64,000 nucleotides of DNA from Eledone cirrhosa (lineage: Eukaryota): contig OZ024740.1 in assembly GCA_964016885.1 (NCBI GenBank), positions 176,514,001-176,578,000 on the forward strand. Reading direction: 5' to 3'. The notes under the pieces are model-generated. The model was not told the DNA's origin. It saw only the letters and a list, made by a program, of their open reading frames with translations, and did not search any database. Made by a program: the position numbers and the translations under genes. Every line of letters starts with the position of its first letter. Position 1 is the stretch's first letter. Of this stretch, positions 15,001 to 26,574 are shown in pieces.

Positions 15001-15447
15001 AGTAGTGGTTATGACAGTATTAGTGTTGGTGTTAATAGTGGCTATGACAGTGTTAGTGTTGATGTTAGTAGTGGTTATGACAGTGTCAGTGTTGGTGTTA
15101 GTAGTGGTTATGACAGTGTTAGTGTTGATATTAGTAGTGGTTATGACAGTGTTAGTGTTGATGTTAGTAGTGGTTATGACAGTGTTAGTGTTGGTGTTAG
15201 TAGTGGTTATGACAGTGTTAGTGTTGATGTTAGTAGTGGTTATGACAGTGTCAGTGTTGGTGTTAGTAGTGGTTATGACAGTATTAGTGTTGTTGGTAGT
15301 AGTGGTACTGACAGTGTTAGTGTTGGTGTTAGTAGTGGTTACGACAGTGTTAGTGTTGATGTTAGTAGTGGTTATGACAGTGTCAGTGTTGGTGTTAGTA
15401 GTGGTTATGACAGTGTTAGTGTTGATGTTAGTAGTGGTTATGACAGT
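1..15447. repeat. 33-bp minisatellite/satellite array (consensus GACAGTGTTAGTGTTGATGTTAGTAGTGGTTAT), open at window start
   Basis: Continuous tandem 33-bp unit read directly from the sequence. The 11-aa periodic ORFs (DSVSVDVSSGY, MTVLVLMLVVV, TNTVITTTNIN) are translations of it and switch frame at non-triplet indels. Confidence 0.97.
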
Positions 15448-15594
15448 GGCTTGTGTTAGTTGTTGTAGTGTAGTTTAAAGTGGTACAGTTAGTGGTATTG
15501 TTGATAGTGGCGGGTATAATTGATCGTGTTGGAAATGAAGTTAATGGTGACCGTGAGGTTTTTAGTGTTTGTCGTAGTTACGTTATAATTAGGA

Positions 15595-16335
15595 TTGGCT
15601 TTATTGGTTGAGCATCGGTCAATATGCTTTGCGGCATAGAGTTCCGGATCTGTATGTTCTGAATTCAAATCCAGCCAAGGTGAGCTTTGCCTTTCATCCT
15701 AGCGGTGTTGATAAAATAAAGTACCAGTAACGTACTGGGGTTCATTTAATTAACCTTGTTGGACAAGTGTCTAAATCAGAAACCACTATTTGGATTGGCA
15801 CTATCGGTAGAGCGTCAGACAACATGCTTTGATTTGTAGCATATAGTTACCTCCCTTTATGTTCTGAGTTCAAATCCCGTCGAGGTTAGCTTTGTCTTTC
15901 ATTCTGGTGGTAAAATAAAATAGCAATAACGCAATGCAGTCAATTTGATCGACTTACCCCTCCACCTAATTAGTTGACCTTGTACCTAAATCAGAAACCA
16001 TTATCATGGGTTCCGCCGAGGTTAACTTTGCCTTTCATCCTTACGGGGTCGATAAAATAAAGTACCAGTCATGCACTGGGGTCGATTTAATCAACTTTCC
16101 CCTCCCCCAAAATTGTTGGCCTTGTGCCTAAATAAGAAACCATTATTATGGGTGGATTGGCAGTAGAGGGTCGGACACCATGCTTTGACGCAAAGAGTTA
16201 CGTCCCTTTTCGATCTGAATTCAAATCCTGCCGTGGTTATCTTTGTCTTTCATCCTTATGGGGTCGATAAAATATAGTACCAGTAATACACTGGGATAAT
16301 TGCTGGCTTTGTGCCAAAAGTAGAAACAATTATTA
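15595..16335 (+). mobile_element. cluster of about 4 head-to-tail diverged copies of a tRNA-type SINE
   Basis: Repeated TTCTGAGTTCAAATCC (B-box-like), GCCGAGGTTAACTTTGCCTTTCATCCTTACGGGGTCGATAAAATAAAGTACCAGT core and CCTTGTGCC..AGAAAC tail. The same family is dispersed through the window. Confidence 0.8.
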
Positions 16336-16337
16336 TG

Positions 16338-17915
16338 AGTGGTGTTGGTGATAGTAGTTGCAATAGTGATAGTGGTGATGGTGTTGCTGATAGTGATGGT
16401 GGTGTTTTTGATAGTGATAGTGGTGGAGATGGTGATGGTGGTGATGGTGGTGATGGTGGTGTTGCTGATAGTGATAGTGGTGGGGATGGTGATGGTGGTG
16501 ATGGTGGGGGTGCTGGCGATAGTGATGGTGATGGTGGTGATGGTGGTGGTGGTGTATCTGATAGTGATGGTGGTGTTTTTGATAGTGATAGTGATGGAGA
16601 TGGTGATGGTGGTGAGTGTGGTGATGGTGGTGTTGCTGATAATGATAGTGATGGAGATGGTGATGGTGGTGATGGTGGTGGTGGTGGTGGTGTTGCTGAT
16701 AGTGATGGTGGTAGAGATGGTGATGGTGATGATGGTGGTGATGGTGGTGTTTCTGATAGTGATAGTGGTGGAGATGGTGATGGTGGTGATGGTGGTGGTG
16801 GTGGTGTTGCTGATAGTGATAGTGGTGGAGATGGTGATGGTGGTGATGGTGGGGGTGCTGGCGATAGTGATGGTGATGGTGGTGATGGTGGTAGAGATGG
16901 TGAGTGTGGTGATGGTGGTGTTGCTGATAGTGATAGTGGTGGAGATGGTGATGGTGGTGAGTGTGGTGATGGTGGTGTTGCTGATAGTGATAGTGGTAGA
17001 GATGGTGATGGTGGTGATGGTGGTGGTGGTGGTGTTGCTGATAGTGATACTGGTGGAGATGGTGATGGTGATGATGGTGGTGGTGGTGTTTCTGATAGTG
17101 ATGGTGATGGTGGTGATGGTGATGATGGTGTTGCTGATAGTGATGGAGATGGTGATGGTGGTGATGGTGTTTCTGATAGTGATAGTGGTGGAGATGGTGA
17201 TGGTGGTGATGGTGGTGGTGGTGTTTCTGATAGTGATGGTGATGGTGGTGATGTTGGTGATGGTGTTGCTGATAGTGATAGTGATGGAGATAGTGATGGT
17301 GGTGATGGTGGTGATGGTGGTGTTGCTGATAGTGATAGTGGTGGAGATGGTGATGGTGGTGATGGTGGTGATGATGGTGTTGCTGATAGTGATAGTGATG
17401 ATGGTGATGGTGGTGATGGTGGTGATGGTGGTGATGATGGTGTTGCTGATAGTGATAGTGGTGGAGATGGTGATGGTGGTGATGGTGGTGATGGTGGTGT
17501 TACTGATAGTGATAGTGGTGGAAATGGTGATGGTGGTGATGGTGGTGTTGCTGATAGTGATAATGGTGGAGATGCTGATGGTGGTGATGGTGGTGATGGT
17601 GTTTCTGATAGTGATAGTGGTGGAGATGGTGATGGTGGTGATGGTGGTGTTGCTGATAGTGATAGTGATGGAGATGGTGGTGTTGATGGTATTGTTGATG
17701 GTGGGGAATGTTAGAGACAGTGATAGCGTCTGTGTTGGTGGTATAGATGGTGATAGTGGTGGTGATAGCGACTGTGATGATGGTGTTGTTGATGGTGGTG
17801 ATGGTGGTGAATGTTAGAGATGGTGATAGCGACTGTGATGGTGGTAGTGATGGTAGTGATGGTGGTAGTGATGGTGGTGATGGTAGTGATGGTGGTAGTG
17901 ATGGTGATAGTTATG
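16338..17915. repeat. low-complexity GGT/GAT trinucleotide-derived repeat
   Basis: Near-pure GGT/GAT/AGT triplets with a recurring GTTGCTGATAGTGATAGTGGTGGAGAT sub-unit. Confidence 0.9.
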
Positions 17916-18047
17916 CTTGTGATAGCGATGTCGGAGAGAGTGGTGTTAATGTATGTTAAATGACGGAAAGATTAATGGCCTATCAGGTTAAACGTTAAAC
18001 ATCTCAGTGAGGTCTTTAATTTATTATATTTTATTCAGAGATATGTG

Positions 18048-18330
18048 TAGTGGTGGTGGTGGCGGCGGCGGCGGCGGTGGTGGTGGTGGTTTGGTGGTGG
18101 TGGTGGTTTGGTGATGATGGTGGTGGTGGTGGTGGTTTGGTGGTGGTGGTGGTTTGGTGTTGGTGGTGGTGGTGGTGGTTTCGTGTTGGTGGTGCTGGTG
18201 GTGTGGGTGGAAAGGTGATTATTTTTGTAGTGGCAGTGGTGAATGTGTTGGTGGTATTTTGGAAGTGGTGGCGGTGATTGTAGTGATGATGATGTTTATG
18301 ATGGCGGTGGTAGTAGTAGTAGTGGTGTAG
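18048..18330. repeat. degenerate (GGT)n microsatellite
   Basis: Direct reading of the sequence. Confidence 0.85.
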
Positions 18331-18959
18331 GTAGTGTGTTGGTAGTATTTGTGCTACCCGTTATATTGCTATTGGTGTGAAGGAGATGAAGTGAAGCGGG
18401 TATTTGTAATTTGTTTATAATTTTCTTGTTACTGTTGGTTTTATTATTGTCATTTTTATACTGTTTGATCCAAGGAGGAGCAAGGGTCAATGCCCGTTGC
18501 CCTTTGCTATTTTCCTTTGCGATACAAGACTAGCAGGGTCGATATGGTTGGTGACATGGACAGGCAGCGAGATGAGATGTGATCCAGACAGTCGCAGGCA
18601 GAGAACGGTTTTCTATGGAATCTACGTGGGTATTCAGTTGCTTGCGATTGAAACATGATTGATTACTACTACTACTACTACTACTACTGGCACACGTGTA
18701 ACCAAGTCAATGACACAAGTACCACATTCATCACCATCTACTACTACTATTGTTGGTGGTGGTAATAGTGGTAGTTGTGCCATAGAGGGTTGTGTGGTAG
18801 TGGTGGATATACTACTGGTGATTCAGGTAGTCGTTGTTGTGTGGTAGTAGTTGTGTGAATGTTTGTTGTGATCCACCAGGTATAGTGAAGTCATTGAGAT
18901 GATTAAATTGTCTGACGGAATAGGGTTCAGACAGGTTATTCTCATTGTTAATCAGGTAG

Positions 18960-19290
18960 AACAGAAAAGAGTCATACCTAACAACTGGTGTAGTTATACT
19001 ATCGTCACATGCTATAAGCGTAACTTCGATGCACTAAAGAGAAGCAAGAGACATCAAATTGTTGAAGGAAGTTATGAAAGTTACAGAACTTGATCAGGAG
19101 CAGAATTAACTTAACCGAAATGCAGTTCGGGCGTGTGCCGATGTCACCTTTCTTTCAAGAGAAGGCCTTAGCCAAGAGTAAGATCCGATACTTAGCAACC
19201 ATCAACCTAAAGGAGGCTTTGACAGGGCTTCACATTCTGTGATCTGGGGTACACGAAGGAAGCTATGAATGCATGAATAGTTTGTGATAT
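18960..19290 (+). pseudogene. highly decayed RTE-like reverse transcriptase fragment
   Basis: Broken frames give IKLL.EVMKV, NLTEMQFGRVP and QEKALAK...LATINLKEA-DR, matching non-LTR RT domains 1-3. Confidence 0.45.
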
Positions 19291-19388
19291 CCGTAAAAGT
19301 GTTAGCCGTCGGCTTTTCAATATTCATAGCTAGAATGCTTTCCAAATTTTTATTCGTAAGCATACCGTATATCATGAGATATATGGTT

Positions 19389-19431
<43 letters not shown>

Positions 19432-19438
19432 ATAATAT

Positions 19439-19624
19439 AATTGTTTCTACTTTTGGCACTAGGCCAGCAATTACCCAGTACATTACTGGTACTTTATTTT
19501 ATCGACCCCGTAAGGATGAAAGGCAAAGTTAACCTCGGCGGGATTTGAACTCAGACCGTAAAGGGACGTAACTATGCTGGAAAGCATGGCGTCCGACTCT
19601 CTACCTATACTGCCAATCCACCGC
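19439..19624 (-). mobile_element. tRNA-type SINE copy
   Basis: Reverse complement of the SINE core: ACTGGTACTTTATTTTATCGACCCCGTAAGGATGAAAGGCAAAGTTAACCTCGGCGGGATTTGAACTCAGA. Confidence 0.85.
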
Positions 19625-20290
19625 AGGTAAACGACAGAGTATTGTAACTGGTAGAACACGAAGTATCCTGTAATAAGCGCCCAACATCCTGAAGCATTCC
19701 AAATTACATCTGGTGGTCCAAGAGGAGTATATGCAGTGAAGAATAAGTATGCTAAGTGGGTTTTTAGAAGAATTCATTCGGAAATTTTCCATTACAAATG
19801 TTTCAATGGGTTTGACGACTATAAAATCTGTTCAATATCAATCCAGCCTCTTCAGATGATCTTCCGAACATTATTTTTATCTACCCTGGGAGCTGATATT
19901 GAGAGAGGGGATATTGAATTTTATCAGTTGCCCTATCTCTCCACGCCGGGTTCTCCAGAGAACCAAGGGTGGATAGTAACACAGTGCATAACCGTCAAAC
20001 ACATCGAAACATTTATAATGGAAAATTTCCAAATAAACTGTTGTACTAAAACACTTACAGGCTAATTCGTGAGTCGGACTGTAAATTGATCGAAAACCTG
20101 GAAGCTATGCTTGTTTCATCTATCAATCTAGAAATATAAATAGACAGATACACACTGTCTGTAAGATTTGTCAACCATGGCAAATTATGTTTTACATGAA
20201 CATTCAAATTGGATCAGTTCGAGTTCAAAGCGTATAATTCCTTCCATTATCACAAATAATATGTACGTATGTATCTCGGGTCACTCTTGA

Positions 20291-20356
20291 GTGCTACTGG
20301 TAACATGTAACCTAGTACAACCTGTCGCATGGTCGGGTCGTCGGCGACTAAACTGG
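20291..20356 (+). ncRNA. candidate degenerate HDV-like ribozyme
   Basis: P1 GTGC/GCAT with G-U first pair; P2 CTAGT/ACTGG; L3 contains CC; GG then P4 TCG...CGA; J4/2 CTAA. Confidence 0.45.
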
Positions 20357-20790
20357 CAATCCCACCAAGTTTACTTGGTGACGGGGGTGATTTTGGACAC
20401 CTTGCAGGACAAAAAACAAAACCTGACAAAGGGCGGAAGAACTCATAAGAGTCAACGGCCATCCAAAATGTGTAAATATGTATGTACACATGTATGTGTA
20501 TGTATATGCCCGGGAACATAAAAATAGTCGGGCTGGATACCCGATCGCGCGGTTAAACCACTGGGAGTGAAGGACCTCTAGCCTTTGTCAGGGAATTCTT
20601 CTAGGAGAAGGCAACTCAGGAAACTGGGATAACTCCGACATAAAACCTGCGGCTCAGTAGTTACCGATGATGTTGATCTTTTCTTCTTTTCGGGTTATAG
20701 CTACTGTCGCTCAGAGAGTCGGATTTTCTCTGTGCGCAGTCTTTCTTCACTATGAAAAATATCTTCACGCACAGGCATGTCACGATAGAA
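20291..20790 (+). mobile_element. RTE-like 5' leader, non-autonomous remnant, copy 1
   Basis: Similar to 20976-21350 and contains CTAGGAGAAGGCAACTC, a motif typical of RTE/BovB 5' UTRs. Confidence 0.5.
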
Positions 20791-20845
20791 TTAATTGATA
20801 ATTATTAATAATGCTATATAGTGCAATGGCCATACTCGATAACGA

Positions 20846-20936
20846 GTATGTATGTATGTATGTATGTATGTATGTATGTATGTATGTATGTATGTATGTA
20901 TGTATGTATGTATGTATGTATGTATGTATGTATGTA
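20846..20936. repeat. (TATG)n microsatellite
   Basis: Direct reading of the sequence. Confidence 0.95.
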
Positions 20937-20975
20937 TCTTATGTCAGTATGTATCTTATGTCAGGTCACCAGTTG

Positions 20976-21350
20976 GTGCTACTGGTAACATGTATCCCAG
21001 TACAACCTGTCTCATGGTCGGGTCGTTGGCGACTAAACTGGCAACCCCGCCAAGGTTTCTTGGTGAGGAGGGTGACTTTGGACATCCTGAAGGACTAAAA
21101 ACAAAACCTGTCAAAAGGGCAAAGGAGCTCTAAGAGTCAATGGCCATCCAAAATCACCGGGAGAGATGACCCCTTAGCCTTTGTCAAGGCAGAATTCTAG
21201 GAGAAGGAAAACTCTGATATAACACCTGCAACCCTGATGGTATCCAATGATGTTGACTTGTTCTTTTTGGTAAATATCATCTTGGTTAAGAGAGTGGGAC
21301 TGGCTTTGTGCAGTGCCTTTGCTCACTATAAAAGCTTCACGGCACAGGCA
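20976..21350 (+). mobile_element. RTE-like 5' leader copy 2, with candidate HDV-like fold at 20976-21041
   Basis: Diverged copy of 20291-20790. P2 CCAGT/ACTGG is perfect, CTAA linker present, CTAGGAGAAGGAAAACTCTGA motif present. Confidence 0.5.
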
Positions 21351-21835
21351 TTGCTTTATATCTGGAGATCTCTCTGCACTTGTCGTCACATGGTAACATG
21401 GGCCCAGCACTATGTGTCAATAATTTTCACAAGTGTAGTGTTTGTACCAGAGTTTTCAAGTCGCTGGCTGAAGTAAAAAGTCACACTCGTTCAGCGCATC
21501 GGTAGGGGTTCTCCTACATGGATATAAAGTAGTGGCTGTACTCGAAAACGAGTTGGCAGCCACTATGTATGTATCTATTTATCTATATATCTATCTATCT
21601 ATCTACCTATCTCTCTCTGGGATGGACACACGCGTAAAACTTGCTGGGTAAGTTCTGCCTAAATTTCCATAGAAATTCCAAACTGTAAACTTTCATTTTT
21701 GTACCATTTTGTACAGGGACTGCCAGGTCAAATTTTGATCTGGTCAGTCTCTCAAATTATTCTACGCCTTTAGGCGAAATTGTGTTGAAAAAAAAAATTT
21801 GTTTATCTTTCGAAAAATTTCCTTCTTTGATAAAA

Positions 21836-23455
21836 ATGGCTGAAGCATCTTCACCAACATTCAAAGAAAGAAAAGGGAAGCTAAACTCACAGCTTCCCTT
21901 TGCCACTGTCGCAGCAGCAGATGACCGACCTGCTGACTGACAACTTGATGTAGCCACAACTACACAAGAAACCGAAAACAACAACAACAACAACAGAAAC
22001 AATAAAGACAACAAAAACAACAACACCAACAACTACAACAGCAACACAAACAAGGAAAAGGTGTCCTTCGCCCAGACGGCAAGGAAAACCCAGTAGATAT
22101 AAGCAAAGCGAAAGAGCTACTGGCAGATGCCAAAAAAGACATAGTGTACGGGGAAAATGGATCATTTTCGATCCACTCCCCCCCCCCCCCCGAACTAAAA
22201 AGTCAGAGACTCCTAAACACAGTGATGTTTAGGACAGTGTTAAATAAAACGAAAAGACCAGCTCAACCATCACAGAGTGAGATAGAGCTGGTCTTAAAAG
22301 ATGTAATGAAAGACATTCTGTTCATACAAAAGGATAGACTCTATGGGAGTCTATCCATTCTCATGAAAGACCAGGACACGGCAAAAAAACTTTCGGTAAA
22401 ACCTATTACATCCACCGCATACACCTTCTACCCTACGTACATGGGTAGAAGGACGCAGAAAATAAAAATACACACCATTCTTCCAATTATGGACATATGG
22501 TGGGTGTTAACAGGTTTTCTTGACCTGAACGATGACATATTAATATCCATGGGAAAGGCATCGGGTGACGCGTTCAGTGGAATGGGCCTCGAACTTTTAG
22601 TTCAAATGAGGCCCGAAAGGATCGCCCAGATCCCTGAACGCGTCATACTGGATGACAAAATTTTTATCAACATTACCGTTGAGGGTAGGCGGCCTTCGCG
22701 TTACCTCTGTGGAGTCAGAGGTCACCTGAGGGCTGTCTGTCCTCAACTTAAAAAGAAAACCCCAATCCTGCCTACACCACCAACAACTGCACAACCAATA
22801 CAATACCACAACCACCACTACAAAAACAACAACCACAGCTCAAACCAAAACAAAACACTGTCCACCCCCCCCCCCCCCCCCCCCACTAAAAAAAACAATT
22901 TCCGAAACACCCGCACAGCAAACACAACTCGAAAATTTACCCCTCCCCTCCAACGCGGAAGATGACCCTCGTTCGTCGTCAGACGAGGAGGAGCACTTCC
23001 ACACAATCAAAAGAAAAGAAAGAAAACACACCTCAGACACACAAATGAAAACAGCCCCTCCCCAAAACATAACACAGACACCAACACAAAAGAGCACACA
23101 ACAACAGCAAAAAAAAAAACACCACACAAAAATAAAATCATGCATACACATACATAAACACAAGAAATAAAAAAATGCTAAACATTGTGTACAACAACAA
23201 TTTAGTAAAAACCCAAGGGTCTAACTTCACCCAGGCAGAGGATTTCCCTCACCTCAAAATGATTAAAGCCCCAGAGGGCACATATAAAACACTAAAAAAC
23301 AACTTTAAAGAGGACCTGTGTCCCCCTCCCATACGTCGGGCCCATTAGCCGCGTCCTCCTAAAAATTTCCCCACCCCCTCCCCAAACACCCACACAACTC
23401 CAAACACCCCAACCACACAACACACTGATGCCCCTACACTTCCACAAACCACCAT
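21836..23455 (+). pseudogene. ORF1 of LINE copy A (disrupted)
   Basis: ORF 22144-22965 aligns with copy B ORF1 (KDRLYGSL, FYPTYMGRRTQ, QMRPERIAQIP). The knuckle reads RYLCGVRGHLRAVC, with the first Cys lost. Confidence 0.8.
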
Positions 23456-23459
23456 TCAT

Positions 23460-25985
23460 CTAGGTCGTACCTAGATAGGTTCTTAGTTAGAATTAAGGAT
23501 AAGGACTTTTTAAGTTGTCCAAAAATGCGCATGGTTGGCTATTCAGACCACAAGTTAGAGACCTGCATGGTCAACCTTGACAGAACTCATAGACAGGGAC
23601 CAGGTTACTGGAAGCTCAACTTGTCCTTACCGGCAAGTAAGGCTTACGGGGACCGGATTAGCACTTTAGTTAAGGAGCGGTTGACGGGCGCCATCGTCAA
23701 CAGCAGGTGGTGGGGATCTCTCAAAAGAGAGATTAGAGTAGTCTCTATAGAAATTAGTAAGGAGTTAGCCTCAAATAGAAATAGGAAGGAAAGGGAGTTG
23801 GTAGATAGTGTGGAAGAGGCAATTAGAAGCGGCGCGTCTCTCGGACAGGGAGGCGAAGTCCTGCGAGGAGCCGATTTCAGCCGCTGAGATAGAGGACGTG
23901 CTGAGCCAATGCGGCAAACGCAAATCCCCGAGTCTAGATGGTCTTCCATACGAACTATATCTAGCGCTACCGGACTTATTCCCCGATCTCCTCGAGACGG
24001 TCTACTGCAACTGGCAACAGAACGGGAGAATTCCCTGTGCTGTGACCAAGGGCGTAGTCACGCTAGTGAGGAAGGACGAGAACAAGGGGGACGATATAAA
24101 TAATTTCAGGCCCATAACTCTGCTAAATATAAAGTTACAGATTTTGGCCAATGTGCTAGCAAAAAGGTTGGCGCTTGTCGTGGGCAACCTGGTGCGAGAT
24201 GCGCAGACATGTGCTATCCCGTCCAGGTCCATCCACGACAACCTCCACCTCATGCGATACATCATAGAAAGGGTTGGGAACGCCCCGGATTTGATGGGGC
24301 CCTGATCAACTTGGATCAATCTAAGGCGTTCGATAGGGTCGACCATGGTTACCTGGATGCGGTGCTAGCGGCGGCAGGCTTCGGACCCGTTTTCAGGGGC
24401 TGGATCAATGCCATGCACAGCAGCCGCATCTGCTCTAGGGTCAAGGTGAACGGCTACCTCTCGGAGCCGTTCGAAATCGCACAGTCCATCCGACAAGGGT
24501 GCCCACTCTCCTCCCTTCTGTATGTAATGACTCTAGAGCCACTGCTCCGGAAGTTGGAGTTGTTGCAGGGCATCCCGTTGGAACCGGGATTGCGGACAGC
24601 GGTGACGGCCTACGCCGATGACGTAACAGTAATTGTGTCAACGGCCTCGGAAATCGGGACGATGGGCACCTTACTGGAGGAGTACGAAAGGTTTACAGGG
24701 TTTAAGCTGAACCGGGACAAGTCGATCGGTTTGCAACTCGGCACGTGGAGGGGAAAATCGATGCCCTCCGATGGCGTCGTCGGGCGCTGGACGGAGGGCC
24801 CGGTGAAGTTGCACGGGGTCTGGTTCGGACCAGACCTCCAGGTGGAGAAGAACTGGGGTGAGGTAACGAACAGGGTGTTTGCACTGACCCAGAAGTGGGC
24901 CGAGTGCACTGAAAGGTCGGGCGGGGTTGGCGAACACTTATATAGCGTCCGTCATCTACTACCGCCTGACCGTCGTGCCTTGCCCCAGGGAAAAGCTCGC
25001 CAAAATGGAGCGCGCACTCTTCAAATTCCTTTGGAAGAAGCGGGCTCCTATGGTCAGGAGATCCATCTGCTGTCAACACCCTTCGAAAGGAGGGCTGGGG
25101 ATGCTGTGGCTGATGATGCGTAAACGCGCATTAAGGCTACGGCACCTCTAGGTATTCCTCACCGGTCAACCGGTGTGGGCCCCGTTTGTGAGGCGAGCCT
25201 TTCCCAGACTTGTCTCGCTCACCGAGCTGCAATCCTGGGTCAAGCAAAGACCGAGAAAACTGGGTGCCTGGCACACCGAGTGTGCCCAGGCGCTCATGGC
25301 TCTCTGGCAGGCGGACCCGGCTGTCACTGGAGAATCCACCTCGTCATTCTATAGAGGGCTGGTGGTTAGCATGTGCGACGACGCCCTCGGAGAAGCCCTA
25401 GGCATGGAGGAAAACCAACTGGCCAACCTGTTCGGTAGGATATTCAGCCCGGGACCTATGGATAACTTCCAGAGGTCCCGGGCCTGGCAGTGCTACCGAG
25501 GGGCTCTGCCCGTTCGAGAAAGGCTCTACAGACACGGGCGCCCGGGTAGGGACTCCTCGAAAAAGATCTGTCCCAGATGCGTGTGCGACGAGGAAACCGT
25601 TGCACACGCATTGGTACACTGCTCGGGCATTGCCGATCTGTGGGGCTATGTCGAACGACTGCTGTCACGGGTGGGACCGATCCGGTTGACCACCGAGTCT
25701 ATTGTAACGATCAAGCCGCCTCCTCTCTTCAAAAACGAAAGAGAGGCGGTGTTTCTGTGCGTAATAGCCATGGCGAAAGAGGTTGTATGGTGGACGCGTC
25801 TGAAAGGACTGAGGTCAGACACCTTTCTCTCTGGCCAACAACTGGTCCGTTTCTTCCGATATCATTTCGGAAGAAGGATCAGGATGGAAAGAGAGGTACT
25901 GCACCCCAGCAGTTTCTATGAAAGATGGGTGAAAGTGGCGAGAACGGCGCGTGTGAATGGGCCTTCACTCTACATCAGACTGTAG
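23460..25985 (+). pseudogene. ORF2 of LINE copy A (APE C-terminus, RT, CCHC; deletions, frameshifts, stop)
   Basis: YLDRF..SDHK, WKLN, FRPITLLN, LDQSKAFDRV, QGCPLS, YADD and CPRC..H..C are spread over several frames. Confidence 0.9.
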
Positions 25986-26251
25986 GTGATAATGATGAAA
26001 GATCAAGGGAGCACCCTCTCTTTCTGTGCTCCTGAGGAGAAGGGTTGCACACTTTTTTCGGGGGTGTGTGCGACCCCCCAAGGCGCCTCCTCCCTATTGA
26101 GGATTTTGTTATTCAATTTATTTTTGTTATATTTTATATTTTATATTTTATATTTTGTTATTGCCTCCTTAGTGAGGACGCCTTTTTATGTAAACTCCTC
26201 CCATTGTACTTGTCCCACTCTTTGATGCCCTGGTGGCAAATAAAAAGAAAG

Positions 26252-26252
<1 letters not shown>

Positions 26253-26343
<91 letters not shown>
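26253..26343. repeat. (TATC)n microsatellite joining the two LINEs
   Basis: Direct reading of the sequence. Confidence 0.97.
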
Positions 26344-26574
26344 TAATCTAGCTGTCGTCTGTTCTACAGTGTGGATGTCATTCACTTCGCACAGAAGTTT
26401 TGTTCAAATTTATTGAGGAAATTTTGTGAGTTCAAACTTAATTTTGATACAATTGTGTAGCTTGACCCTCCGTCTGAACTGTCAGGTGGTGGGTCAGCTC
26501 ATCTTTACCCCTCCTAGAGGTGAAAAACCTGTTTTAAAAAATTTTGTGTAAAAAATTTCAATCGTCTAACAGAA

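Larger units (their letters stand above)
21619..26251 (+). mobile_element. L1/Tx1-like non-LTR retrotransposon, copy A (internally deleted, frameshifted)
   Basis: ORF1 with a degenerate zinc knuckle, partial APE, RT (QGCPLS, YADD), C-terminal CPRC..ETVAHALVHC, and AATAAA at the 3' end. Flanked by TATC repeats on both sides. Confidence 0.9.

Noticed and set aside
6419-15001. 2860-aa ORF and Thr/Asn-rich 11-mer ORFs resembling ice-binding or adhesin repeats
   Set aside because: Artefact of a 33-bp repeat that is stop-free in several frames. The frame swaps at non-triplet indels and there are no unique domains.
1-15447. CRISPR array or telomere array
   Set aside because: Units are contiguous with no unique spacers, there are no cas genes, the context is eukaryotic, and there is no TTAGGG/TTAGG tandem.
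15640-15680. tRNA gene suggested by GTTCAAATCC
   Set aside because: It is the SINE B-box-like motif, and no cloverleaf can be formed.
16311-17714. Gly/Asp/Ser-rich 467-aa biomineralisation-like protein
   Set aside because: Trinucleotide low-complexity DNA. The ORF starts inside a SINE tail, and there is no signal peptide or splice evidence.
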